Source of the DNA: Clostridia bacterium
GTDB taxonomy: Bacteria; Bacillota; Clostridia; Oscillospirales; CAG-272
Assembly (NCBI GenBank): GCA_017463445.1
Contig: JAFTPF010000117.1
Coordinates: 1 to 58,555 of the forward strand
DNA length: 58,555 nt
Direction: 5' to 3'
Position 1 is the first letter of the stretch. The number at the start of each line of letters is the position of its first letter. Both the position numbers and the translations under genes were made by a program. Positions 1 to 8,072 of the stretch are shown piece by piece. Under the pieces are notes generated by a model, which was not told where the DNA came from, ran no database searches, and saw nothing but the letters and a program-made list of their open reading frames with translations.

Positions 1-1236
1 ATCCTGGGCGGTGAGGAAGTAGGAGAGGATCTCGGTACCGTCGATGCCCTGCCACATGAAAACATCGCAAGGAAGGGTGTTGGTCTCGTTCCAGGAGATC
101 TTGGAGGTAACGAAACGGGTAACGCCTGCCTTCTTCAGGATCTGAGGAAGCGCAGCGGAATAGCCGAATACGTCGGGGAGCCACAGGATCTTGGAGTCTA
201 CGCCGAACTCGTTCTTCATAAAGCGCTTGCCGTGGAGAAGCTGACGGCAGAGCGATTCGCCGGAGGGGAGGTTACAGTCGGGCTCTACCCACATTGCGCC
301 TTCGATCTCCCAGTTGCCCGACTCGACCATCTTCTTGACGTCTTCAAACAGCTCGGGCTCCTGCTCCTTGATGAACTTGAACTGCTGGGGCTGGGAGGTG
401 ATGAATTTGTATTCGGGGAACTCCTTCATCATATTGACCGCGGTGGAGAAGGTGCGCTGGCACTTTTCCTCGGTCTGGCGGAAGGGCCAGAGCCATGCGG
501 TGTCGATATGGGAGTGCCCGATGCAGACCACGTTTGCCATCTGCTCGCCGCACTTCTTACCGTAGAACTCGTTACGGATGTAATCCAGCGCCGCGGTAAC
601 GCTGGCGTGGTACGCCTCGGAGCCTCTCTCGCGGAAGTCGATGAGGTTGATGGTCTCGTTCAGCGCGGTGCGGATCTCGCAGTATTCCTTGCCTTCGAAG
701 GGAAGGTAGCGCATCACGTCGTAGGGAACCTTCAGATCGTAGTAGAGCGCACGGGTATCCTTGTCGATGAGCTGAAGCTCAGCCTCCAGATACAGCTCTG
801 TGGGTCTGCCCGAGAAGCCGTATACGGTCAGCTCGAAGGAGTCCACGGTAGAGTCGATGGGGAAGGTCTCGTGGTTGCCGTCCACACCCTGTACGATCTT
901 GCCGTCCATATAGACGATGTACTGAGGATTGGAGTGGCGGGGAGAGCGCACGCAGAGCTCTACATCCTTGCCCTTCATGGATTCGGGAATGGTGACGGTT
1001 GCCTTGAACCAAGCGTGGTACTCGCCGTAAGAGGTCTTGGAGCCGCCTGCGGGGATGGTGTCCTTCATCGCTTCACGGGTGGTCTGGGGAACCCAGCCCT
1101 CGGTGGGAGCGGTGTGGCCCTCGCCCTTGTAATCACAGGGGACGTAAGAGATGTTTTCCACTCTTGCGGTCTCCATGATGATCCGCTGACGGACCCAACC
1201 AAGCACTTGCTCGATTCGTTCCTGTAAATAATTCAT
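1..1236 (-). CDS. GH38 alpha-mannosidase, N-terminal part (gene continues past window start)
   Basis: Absent from the ORF track because it runs off the edge. Hand translation from ATG at 1236-1234 (GGAGG upstream) gives MNYLQERIEQVLGW...VCIGHSHIDTAWLWPFRQTEEK...WVEPDCNLPSGESL, typical GH38 N-domain motifs. Confidence 0.85.
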   Translation of the reverse strand, partial: MNYLQERIEQVLGWVRQRIIMETARVENISYVPCDYKGEGHTAPTEGWVPQTTREAMKDTIPAGGSKTSYGEYHAWFKATVTIPESMKGKDVELCVRSPRHSNPQYIVYMDGKIVQGVDGNHETFPIDSTVDSFELTVYGFSGRPTELYLEAELQLIDKDTRALYYDLKVPYDVMRYLPFEGKEYCEIRTALNETINLIDFRERGSEAYHASVTAALDYIRNEFYGKKCGEQMANVVCIGHSHIDTAWLWPFRQTEEKCQRTFSTAVNMMKEFPEYKFITSQPQQFKFIKEQEPELFEDVKKMVESGNWEIEGAMWVEPDCNLPSGESLCRQLLHGKRFMKNEFGVDSKILWLPDVFGYSAALPQILKKAGVTRFVTSKISWNETNTLPCDVFMWQGIDGTEILSYFLTAQD

Positions 1237-1273
1237 AAGTGCCTCCATAATGGAAAAATTTTTGCTTTTTATT

Positions 1274-1422
1274 GGAGGGACTTTTTGAAAAAAGTCCCTC
1301 CCAACCTCCTCAAAACTTTAGAAGAGGTTTGGTACATTGGGGATGGGCGAAGCAAGTATTTGCTTCGCATTTGAAAAATTTTGGAAGATTCCAAAGAAAC
1401 TTTTTTCAAAAAGTTTCTTTGG
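1274..1422. repeat. Two head-to-head copies of the tripartite intergenic element (hairpin A 1274-1301, tail, shared hairpin E 1347-1368, tail, hairpin A 1391-1422)
   Basis: GGAGGGACTTTTTGAAAAAAGTCCCTCC + CCTCAAAACTT tail; GCGAAGCAAGTATTTGCTTCGC; CCAAAGAAACTTTTTTCAAAAAGTTTCTTTGG. Confidence 0.7.
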
Positions 1423-1429
1423 CAGGGAG

Positions 1430-2524
1430 TCAAGAGGGACGGCGTCCCTCTTGGGTCAGCTTTTTGATCAGCTCGATCTCCTCGGGATCGTAGGGAGTGT
1501 GATCCTCGTGGAAGAGGTCATGCTGCCATTTGCTGTAGTCCAGATCGGGACGGGCGGCTTTCAGCCATTCCCAGGGGAGATAGTGCTGGGAGAAGCCAGC
1601 CACCAGCCCCCAGTTGTAGCTGGCGATCTTCTTTTCGTGATAGAGGGGAAGCTGATCGATCAGATTGTTGTCCCAGATGCGGTGGAGCCATTCGGTGTTG
1701 GCCATGGGACGGCCTTCTTTCTCCAGCTTGCGGACGATATTCTGCACCTTCCAAAAGGGCTCGTAATCGTGGAAGGAGACGATGTCGGACAGATCCAACG
1801 CCACTCTCTGAATGGGGGAAACGTCTACGTCGGGATCTACGCCGTAGGAGTCGGGGTAGGTCCAGACGCCTGCGGTCAGGGGCTGGATGAGATCACACTC
1901 ACGGGCGATCTCAAATGCGCGTCTGAGATAGGGGATGCTCATGTCGCCGCGCTTGCTGTTGCCCGGCTCATTCCACAGATCCCACATAATAATGCGCTCA
2001 TCCTTGCCGAAGCGGGTGAAGATATCGCGGAGATACTGCTCGCAGACGGGGCGGTATTCCTCCTCGTCCCACAGAATCCAGCCTTTTGCGTCCTTGGGCG
2101 GGACGATGTGGGGGCTGTTTTTGTGTCCGCCGTGGTAGCCCTTATCGTAATGACCGTGACCGGGCATAGGCTTGTGGATGACCACCTTCTCGGGTCTGCC
2201 GAAGGATACGCAGTCGTTGTACAGGACGGGCATCACCGACAGTCCGTGCTTTGCGAAGAGTCCCAGCACGCGGTCGATACGGTCGAGGCAGATCTCGCGC
2301 TCGTGGTACCAGCTGTTGAAGGGGAACCAGATGCGGACGGTGTTAAAGCCGATGGAGGCGGCAAGCGCCATCTCGCTCTCCAGCGTGGGGAGCATCTCCT
2401 CCAGCGTGTCGTCCTTCCACATAGAGAGGACGGGGGTCTGGGAGGGCACGAAGTTACATCCTACTAACCAAGGGCGGGCGTTCCACCATTCCCAGGCTTG
2501 TTCTTTGGTCCATCTTTCTTTCAT
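1430..2524 (-). CDS. GH5-like (clan GH-A) glycoside hydrolase
   Basis: 364-aa ORF; TIM-barrel glycosidase motifs incl. WDLWNEPGN (acid/base Glu) and RIWFPF; RBS before ATG. Confidence 0.75.
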   Translation of the reverse strand: MKERWTKEQAWEWWNARPWLVGCNFVPSQTPVLSMWKDDTLEEMLPTLESEMALAASIGFNTVRIWFPFNSWYHEREICLDRIDRVLGLFAKHGLSVMPVLYNDCVSFGRPEKVVIHKPMPGHGHYDKGYHGGHKNSPHIVPPKDAKGWILWDEEEYRPVCEQYLRDIFTRFGKDERIIMWDLWNEPGNSKRGDMSIPYLRRAFEIARECDLIQPLTAGVWTYPDSYGVDPDVDVSPIQRVALDLSDIVSFHDYEPFWKVQNIVRKLEKEGRPMANTEWLHRIWDNNLIDQLPLYHEKKIASYNWGLVAGFSQHYLPWEWLKAARPDLDYSKWQHDLFHEDHTPYDPEEIELIKKLTQEGRRPS

Positions 2525-2586
2525 GGGATTCTCCTTTCGGGGAATAGATTTGCACGAAGTGTTGATTCGTGGTAGCCGTTCGGAGC

Positions 2587-2611
2587 GGACAGTCCGGGAG
2601 GCCTGTCCCTA
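2587..2611 (-). repeat. Dispersed GTAGGG-plus-hairpin element (family C)
   Basis: GGACAG-N10-CTGTCC followed by CCCTAC on + strand; same architecture at 37829-37854. Confidence 0.5.
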
Positions 2612-2698
2612 CAAGATTGACGAAATCATTCGCTCCGTTACGATCAAACGATCTGTACCGGGCAAGGGTCGGAGAAACCAGCCCTTTTCTCATTTCCT

Positions 2699-2771
2699 GC
2701 CCAACAAGCATTTGTCGGGCTCCTACAAAAGTTTTTGGAGTTCCAAGAACTTTTTTTCAAAAAGGTCCTTG
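2699..2771 (-). repeat. Tripartite 3' element (hairpin A + tail + hairpin E) just downstream of rarA stop
   Basis: Minus-strand reading: CAAGGACCTTTTTGAAAAAAAGTTCTTGG, CTCCAAAAACTTTTG, GCCCGACAAATGCTTGTTGGGC. Confidence 0.65.
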
Positions 2772-2785
2772 ACCGCCGGAGGCAT

Positions 2786-4021
2786 TTATTTATTCTTTTC
2801 CTTAATACTTTTCCAGTACGCGGCGGCGGCTTGCTCGGTCTTGTTTTCGCCGGGGGTGTAGTAGCGGACGTGCTTCAGATCGTCGGGGAGATATTGCTGC
2901 TCCACATAGTGGCTCGGGTAGTCGTGGGGGTATTTGTAGCCGTCGAATTGCGTGGTCTGACGCAGATGGGCGGGGATGTTCTGCCCCTTGCCCGCGGCGA
3001 TGTCGGCGGCGGCTTTCTCGTAAGCGATGTGAGCAGCGTTGGATTTGGGCGCGGTCGCCAGCATCACGACGGCGTGAGAAAGGGGAAGGGAAGCCTCGGG
3101 CAGTCCCACACGGAAGGCGGCGGACACACAGGCCTCGGTGATAGCGGCGGCTTGGGGATAGGCAAGTCCGATGTCCTCGGAGGCGATGACCGACAGCCGT
3201 CTGCAGGCTCCGATCAGATCGCCGCCGGTCAGCAGACGGGCGAGGTAGAAGATCGCCGCGTCGGGATCACTGCCGCGGATGGATTTTTGCAGAGCCGACA
3301 GCAGATCGTAGTGCACCGTGCCGTCCTTGTCGAAATTTCCGCCCGTCACCTGCCCCAGCTCCTTTAAGGAGTCAGGAGTCAGATCGCCGTCGGCGGCGAA
3401 GTAAGCGTTTTCCAGCAGATTCAGCGCACGGCGCACGTCTCCCGATGCCGCCGAAGCGATGGCAAGTAGCGCGTCTTCCGAGGCTTTTTTGTCGCCGACC
3501 TGCGTCTTGTTCAGATACGCCAGCCCGCGCTCCAGAGCGGGGAGTAGCTCCTTCGCCGAAACAGCCTTGAACTCGTAGACCGCCGAGCGGGAGAGGATGG
3601 CGTTGTAAACGTACAGATAGGGGTTTTCGGTGGTGGAGGCGATTAGCGTGATCCGTCCGTCCTCCAGATAGGAGAGAAGGGATTGCTGTTGCTTTTTGTT
3701 GAAATACTGGATCTCGTCCAGATAAAGCAGAATGCCGCCCGATCCGAAGAGGGTGGCAGTCTCACTACAGACCGCCTTTACGTCGGCGAGGGAATCGGTG
3801 GTGGCGTTGAGGCGGCGGATAGTCTTTCCGGAGCCTTCGGCGAGGATGCCGGCGGCGGTGGTTTTTCCCGTGCCGGGAGGACCGAAGAAGACCATGTTGG
3901 GCAGGTATCCCTGCTCCACCATACGGCGGACGGCACCATTTTTGCCGAAGAGGTGGGTCTGTCCCACCATATCCTCAAAGGAGGTGGGACGCAGTGCGTC
4001 GGCAAGGGGAGTATAGCTCAT
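2786..4021 (-). CDS. rarA: Replication-associated recombination protein A (AAA+ ATPase)
   Basis: 411 aa; N-terminus LADALRPTSFEDMVGQTHL, Walker A GPPGTGKTT, conserved RarA/MgsA C-terminal domain. Confidence 0.9.
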   Translation of the reverse strand: MSYTPLADALRPTSFEDMVGQTHLFGKNGAVRRMVEQGYLPNMVFFGPPGTGKTTAAGILAEGSGKTIRRLNATTDSLADVKAVCSETATLFGSGGILLYLDEIQYFNKKQQQSLLSYLEDGRITLIASTTENPYLYVYNAILSRSAVYEFKAVSAKELLPALERGLAYLNKTQVGDKKASEDALLAIASAASGDVRRALNLLENAYFAADGDLTPDSLKELGQVTGGNFDKDGTVHYDLLSALQKSIRGSDPDAAIFYLARLLTGGDLIGACRRLSVIASEDIGLAYPQAAAITEACVSAAFRVGLPEASLPLSHAVVMLATAPKSNAAHIAYEKAAADIAAGKGQNIPAHLRQTTQFDGYKYPHDYPSHYVEQQYLPDDLKHVRYYTPGENKTEQAAAAYWKSIKEKNK

Positions 4022-4130
4022 AGGGTGTCCTCCTTTGGGAAATTTTGAATCAGTTTATTGTATCATATTATTCTATCTTTGTCAATGAATTTGCGGAAAA
4101 TGGGGGATGAAGTTTTTGCGGTTTTCAATA

Positions 4131-4162
4131 GAAAAACTCCCCTTTCCCGGATGGGAAAGGGG
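4131..4162 (-). terminator. Intrinsic terminator of lipoprotein paralogue A
   Basis: CCCCTTTCCC-GGAT-GGGAAAGGGG hairpin with T-run on the minus strand; a near-identical hairpin lies at ~4770-4794 after paralogue B. Confidence 0.6.
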
Positions 4163-4186
4163 AAGATTCACCAGTGCGAGTTCACA

Positions 4187-4747
4187 TTAGCCTTTAACGT
4201 AATCCCATTCATCGGAATCATAGATTCTGGGGTATTCGGCTTTATAGGCTTCCCAAACCGTGCGAAGCTCTTCCTCGGTGAGAACACCTGCGGAATACGC
4301 GCCTTGCAGAGAGTAGGAACGACCGTTTTCGAATACTGTCAGTTTAGTGGTATCGGTGTAGCGGAACTCGTAGCCTTCGACTGTATCCTTAGATAGCATC
4401 GGAGCGACAGTAATAGTACCGTCCTTTCTGCATCCCAGATAGAAGCAGATGTAGGCGTTATCAGATTGAACGTAAAACGATCCGACCATCAAATTGTTGA
4501 TCGTAAGTTCTTCGCCCACCGTATCTTTTACAGCAGCCCAAACGCTGTTCAAAAGGGCAACGCGGTCTGCGCTTGCATCCGGATTGGTGAGCGTATCCCG
4601 GCTAACGGTAGTTACGGTGCCAATGGTAACAGGGGGAGTGGTTGCATTCGTGCCGAGCGTATTGCCTGTGTCGGCGGTGTCGGCACATCCCGCCAACAAC
4701 ATCGCGGCGAGGGCAAGCAGGGTGAGGGTTCGTGCGAGGTGTTTCAT
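4187..4747 (-). CDS. Lipoprotein of unknown function, paralogue A
   Basis: 186 aa; signal peptide with lipobox LLAGC; tandem paralogue of 4836..5363. Confidence 0.6.
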   Translation of the reverse strand: MKHLARTLTLLALAAMLLAGCADTADTGNTLGTNATTPPVTIGTVTTVSRDTLTNPDASADRVALLNSVWAAVKDTVGEELTINNLMVGSFYVQSDNAYICFYLGCRKDGTITVAPMLSKDTVEGYEFRYTDTTKLTVFENGRSYSLQGAYSAGVLTEEELRTVWEAYKAEYPRIYDSDEWDYVKG

Positions 4748-4835
4748 AGTGGTTGTCCTTTCTGTGGTTCCCCTTTCCCGGGTGGAAAAGGGGAGGATTC
4801 ACCAGTGCGAGTTCACATTATCCTGCGACGTCATC

Positions 4836-5363
4836 CTATTCATCGGAATCATATAATCCGGGGTATTCGGCTTTATAGGCTTCCCAAACCGTGCGAAGCT
4901 CTTCCTCGGTGAGAACACCTGCGGAATACGCGCCTTGCAGAGAGTAGGAACGACCGTTTTCGAATACTGTCAGTTTAGTGGTATCGGAATAGTAGAACTC
5001 ATAGCCTTCTACCGTGTCTTGGGTCTCCATTGGGCTGGAAAGGATCAGATTATCCTTTCTGCATCCCCTATAAAAGCAAACGTAGGCGTTGCCACATTGA
5101 ACGTAAAACGATCCGACCGACAAATTGTTAATCGTAAGTTCTTCGTCCACCGTATCTTTTACAGTAGCCCAAACGCTGTTCAGAAGGGCAACGCGTTCCT
5201 CACTCAAATTGGGTTTGGTCAGCGTATCCCGGTCAACGGTAGTAACAGCAGTCGTGGTTGCATTCGTACCGAGCGTGTTGCCCGTATCGGCGGTATCGGC
5301 ACACGAGACCGCGAGCGCTCCGATCACCAATACTAACAGTATGCTGATCATTCGTTTTTTCAT
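4836..5363 (-). CDS. Lipoprotein of unknown function, paralogue B (ends at TAG aligned with Trp of paralogue A)
   Basis: 175 aa; signal peptide/lipobox AVSC; C-terminal half almost identical at nucleotide level to paralogue A. Confidence 0.6.
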   Translation of the reverse strand: MKKRMISILLVLVIGALAVSCADTADTGNTLGTNATTTAVTTVDRDTLTKPNLSEERVALLNSVWATVKDTVDEELTINNLSVGSFYVQCGNAYVCFYRGCRKDNLILSSPMETQDTVEGYEFYYSDTTKLTVFENGRSYSLQGAYSAGVLTEEELRTVWEAYKAEYPGLYDSDE

Positions 5364-5393
5364 AATTGTATCTCCTTATATCAATATTATAAC

Positions 5394-7169
5394 TTAGTCG
5401 ATTTGGCACCATGCAACACTATACCATGTTTCAGTACTGATATTTCTGAGATTGTCGATAAATATTGAATAAGTGCCTGTTGTAGATGGAGTAAATTCTA
5501 ATATTTTGATATTCCCCAAATAACTACTTGCTGTTTGTGCATGGTAAACGCCGCTTCGATAGACAGCCAAATTGACTCTGGGGGCTGTCGTAGAGGTTGT
5601 CACTTCGGTTGAATGGTTATAAATCGCGTCGCGCAAAGCAACTACGACAATTCGCACAGGCTTACCGGCTTCTAGATCAATCGTAAACGACTCGCGGGCA
5701 CCTGAAGTGTTCGCATTAAACCCGCCATCATTATTATATTGCGTGCTTAGCATAGCATTGTACACGTTCAAACAATCTAAAATACCGGCACCGTACCGTT
5801 CATATCCGTTAGTAGAATTAAGAGGCCATGTTACGTATCGATTGAACGAGGTGCTTACGTTAGCCGCTAATATTGCTTTTATAGTATCTGGATAATGGGT
5901 CAAATTGGGTTTTTGCTGTAGCAATAACGCTACCGCACCTGTTACCATTGGAGCTGCCAAACTGGTTCCATCAACAGCATAAGACATACCCTCTGGTTGA
6001 ATATTGACTCCAGGAGCACTTATATCCGGACGAGAACCTTCTGCAAAGGTTATATGCGTATAACTGGATTTAGAGTAAATTGCGCCATTCACATCAACTG
6101 CCCCTACAACGATAGCATTGTATGATAGATTGCCAACAAATACTTCGCCAGGAGCAGAAACGCCGTTATTTCCTACACTAAATACTATGCTGACAAGATG
6201 ATTCAGTGCAATATGATCAAACCATGCCGTGTTTGAATCGTAGATGTTTGTAACAGCGTTCCCGTTCTCATCTTCATAACTGATGCTCATACTAATATTT
6301 ATTACATTCACTCCCTGATCAATCAGCCATTCGATTGCTGGAATGTAGCCTGAAGTTGCATGCGCTGCATACAATTGTGCATCTGGTGCAACTGATTTGG
6401 CTGTATAAGCAACGAATGAAGCATGGCCTGCATATAAATAATTCACGGATGCATCTGCTGTAGCAATGTTATAACAATGATTTGCTGTTAGTCCAAGCGC
6501 ATCTCTCTCAGTATAAAACGGCAACTCGGTTTCCAAAATACCTATCTTAATTCCTTGCCCGGTATATCCATTTTCATGCACATCATCAGCATTGATCATA
6601 CCTAAATAATCAATGCCCGCCGTCGTGGACGCAGTCTCCGCCAATGGTGCCGCCAGCGGCTCCTCCTCCGCCAGCTCCATATCATACAACTCAATGCTCT
6701 CCACAGCTCCGTTCAGCGCCAGCTGATTGGTTTCCACACTGTCGAGGCTGGCGATGATGACGGGAGAATACTTGCTGATATACTCCACCTTGCCGTCCAG
6801 ATACTTTTCGGCAAAGGCGGTGTTCTGCGCCAAATATGCTTCGCGTGAGGCGGCGCGGCGTGCCATAATGTCGGCTTGCACCGCTTCGATCTCAGCTTGG
6901 TTTTCATACTCCTCTGCGGCAGAGGAAAGAGTCAGGGCGGCGGGCTGGGTCTCGGGCAGACCCCGTTCCACCGCGCCGTGGTCAATGTCTTTGATGAACA
7001 CCATCACTGATTGCTCTGTGCCGCTCTCCTCAGTATAAGCGGCGGTGAGACTGTCTCCGATGACACGGTCACGGATCACGGCTACCTGCATCTCGGCGGC
7101 AGACAGGGCGGGCAACCCCAACAGGGCTGCGAGGATGAACACGGAAAGTGTACGCGCGAGCTTTTTCAT
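5394..7169 (-). CDS. Secreted subtilisin-like S8 serine peptidase
   Basis: 591 aa; signal peptide; GTSLAAPMVTGAVALLL (Ser motif), AGHASFVA (His motif), SVGNNG (oxyanion Asn); GIKIGILETE lies where the Asp motif is expected. Confidence 0.8.
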   Translation of the reverse strand: MKKLARTLSVFILAALLGLPALSAAEMQVAVIRDRVIGDSLTAAYTEESGTEQSVMVFIKDIDHGAVERGLPETQPAALTLSSAAEEYENQAEIEAVQADIMARRAASREAYLAQNTAFAEKYLDGKVEYISKYSPVIIASLDSVETNQLALNGAVESIELYDMELAEEEPLAAPLAETASTTAGIDYLGMINADDVHENGYTGQGIKIGILETELPFYTERDALGLTANHCYNIATADASVNYLYAGHASFVAYTAKSVAPDAQLYAAHATSGYIPAIEWLIDQGVNVINISMSISYEDENGNAVTNIYDSNTAWFDHIALNHLVSIVFSVGNNGVSAPGEVFVGNLSYNAIVVGAVDVNGAIYSKSSYTHITFAEGSRPDISAPGVNIQPEGMSYAVDGTSLAAPMVTGAVALLLQQKPNLTHYPDTIKAILAANVSTSFNRYVTWPLNSTNGYERYGAGILDCLNVYNAMLSTQYNNDGGFNANTSGARESFTIDLEAGKPVRIVVVALRDAIYNHSTEVTTSTTAPRVNLAVYRSGVYHAQTASSYLGNIKILEFTPSTTGTYSIFIDNLRNISTETWYSVAWCQID

Positions 7170-7368
7170 AGATTTACCTCCTTGCGGTATTATTTTTCTT
7201 GCTCTTTTGACGTTTGTTCACTTCTTTCTTCTAATCGGCAAGAGCATTGCCCATTGGACTCACCTCCCCCAAGTTATATTTACTATATATAACAAATCAG
7301 GAGGTGTAAATATTACAGCATTTTAGCAGGATTCACAAAATGTTTACAAAATTTGCAGTTCTCCGCGC

Positions 7369-7422
7369 AAAAAACGCAGAGATGCCGACGGATTGGGGAT
7401 TGCCTACCGTCTGCGCCTCTGC
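7369..7422 (-). terminator. Intrinsic terminator (strongest on minus strand)
   Basis: GCAGAGGCGCAGACGG-N15-CCGTCGGCATCTCTGC (2 mismatches) followed by GTTTTTTGCG on the minus strand. Confidence 0.6.
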
Positions 7423-7476
7423 GCTGTTTCTTTGCTCTGATCGGTGACTGTTCCCAACGCGGTCAGATTCTTTCTG
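7369..7476 (-). ncRNA. Candidate small RNA (~105 nt), family unknown
   Basis: Bounded by minus-strand TTGACA-17-TGcTATACT promoter and a 16-bp hairpin + GTTTTTT terminator; no ATG and no RBS-preceded ORF inside. Confidence 0.45.
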
Positions 7477-7481
7477 TTACC

Positions 7482-7510
7482 AGTATAGCAGGTTTTCATT
7501 ATATTGTCAA
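7482..7510 (-). promoter_or_regulatory. Consensus sigma-A promoter with no downstream ORF
   Basis: Minus strand: TTGACA (7510-7505), 17-nt spacer, TGc-TATACT (7487-7482). Confidence 0.6.
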
Positions 7511-7585
7511 GACTTTTTTGGAATATTTTTACTAATAATTTCAGAAAAGCATAGATCGCAAAGCAAAAAAGAACAAAAGTTCGAA

Positions 7586-7633
7586 AGTTGCAACAAATTG
7601 CAACTGTTTCATACGGTTTTGCTGTGTTATACT
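7586..7633 (+). promoter_or_regulatory. Perfect palindrome (operator-like) plus extended -10 promoter of the head module
   Basis: AGTTGCAA-CAAA-TTGCAACT at 7586-7605; TGtTATACT at 7625-7633; the palindrome abuts the -35 position. Confidence 0.45.
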
Positions 7634-7691
7634 TTGCTCACAGCCAAGGGAAATCCCCAAAACTGATGAAAAACGAAAGGAGAGGATCCAA

Positions 7692-8072
7692 ATGGAATCC
7701 ATTCACACCGAAAACGCCGTTTTCGAAACCGAGGCGGTATTCCGCCGAAAGCTCAAAAGCTACATCAAGCATTGCAACAAGCAGGGCGAGGACGAAAAGA
7801 CCCGCCGTCTGCCCAACGCCGCAGGCTTCTGCCGCTTCTGCGAGATCTCCCGCGAGGGCTTTGCAAGGCTGAAGGTCACCTACCCGCTGATGTACGACAT
7901 CGCACAGTCCACCTTCCTGGACGAAGCGCTGAACACCAAGATGTCCAACTCGGCGGCGAACATGTCCTTCCTGGCAGAGTTCAACCGCTCGGTGGGCGAG
8001 GAGCAGGAGGAGGAGCCGGGCGGCGACACCGTCCGCCTCATCACCTGCCACGATGATGGCGACGCGCTCTAA
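7692..8072 (+). CDS. Putative terminase small subunit
   Basis: 126 aa; HTH-like PNAAGFCRFCEISREGF typical of small terminases; overlaps TerL start by 20 nt; strong RBS AAAGGAGAGG. Confidence 0.55.
   Translation: MESIHTENAVFETEAVFRRKLKSYIKHCNKQGEDEKTRRLPNAAGFCRFCEISREGFARLKVTYPLMYDIAQSTFLDEALNTKMSNSAANMSFLAEFNRSVGEEQEEEPGGDTVRLITCHDDGDAL

Larger units (their letters stand above)
4131..5363. repeat. Tandem duplication (~640-bp unit) of lipoprotein gene plus terminator
   Basis: 4131-4330 and 4762-4985 are nearly identical, including terminator hairpin and TAATGTGAACTCGCACTGGTGAATC. Confidence 0.8.

Noticed and set aside
7353-7535. 60-aa ORF 7353..7535 (+) and 94-aa ORF 7588..7872 (+).
   Set aside because: Both have non-ATG starts without an RBS and run through the terminator hairpin or promoter elements. 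The second overlaps terS out of frame.
7641-7650. 9-nt complementarity between the terS leader (CAGCCAAGG) and the family B tail (CCTTGGCTG).
   Set aside because: A single 9-mer match in ~117 kb of two-strand sequence is close to chance expectation, and there is no supporting evidence.
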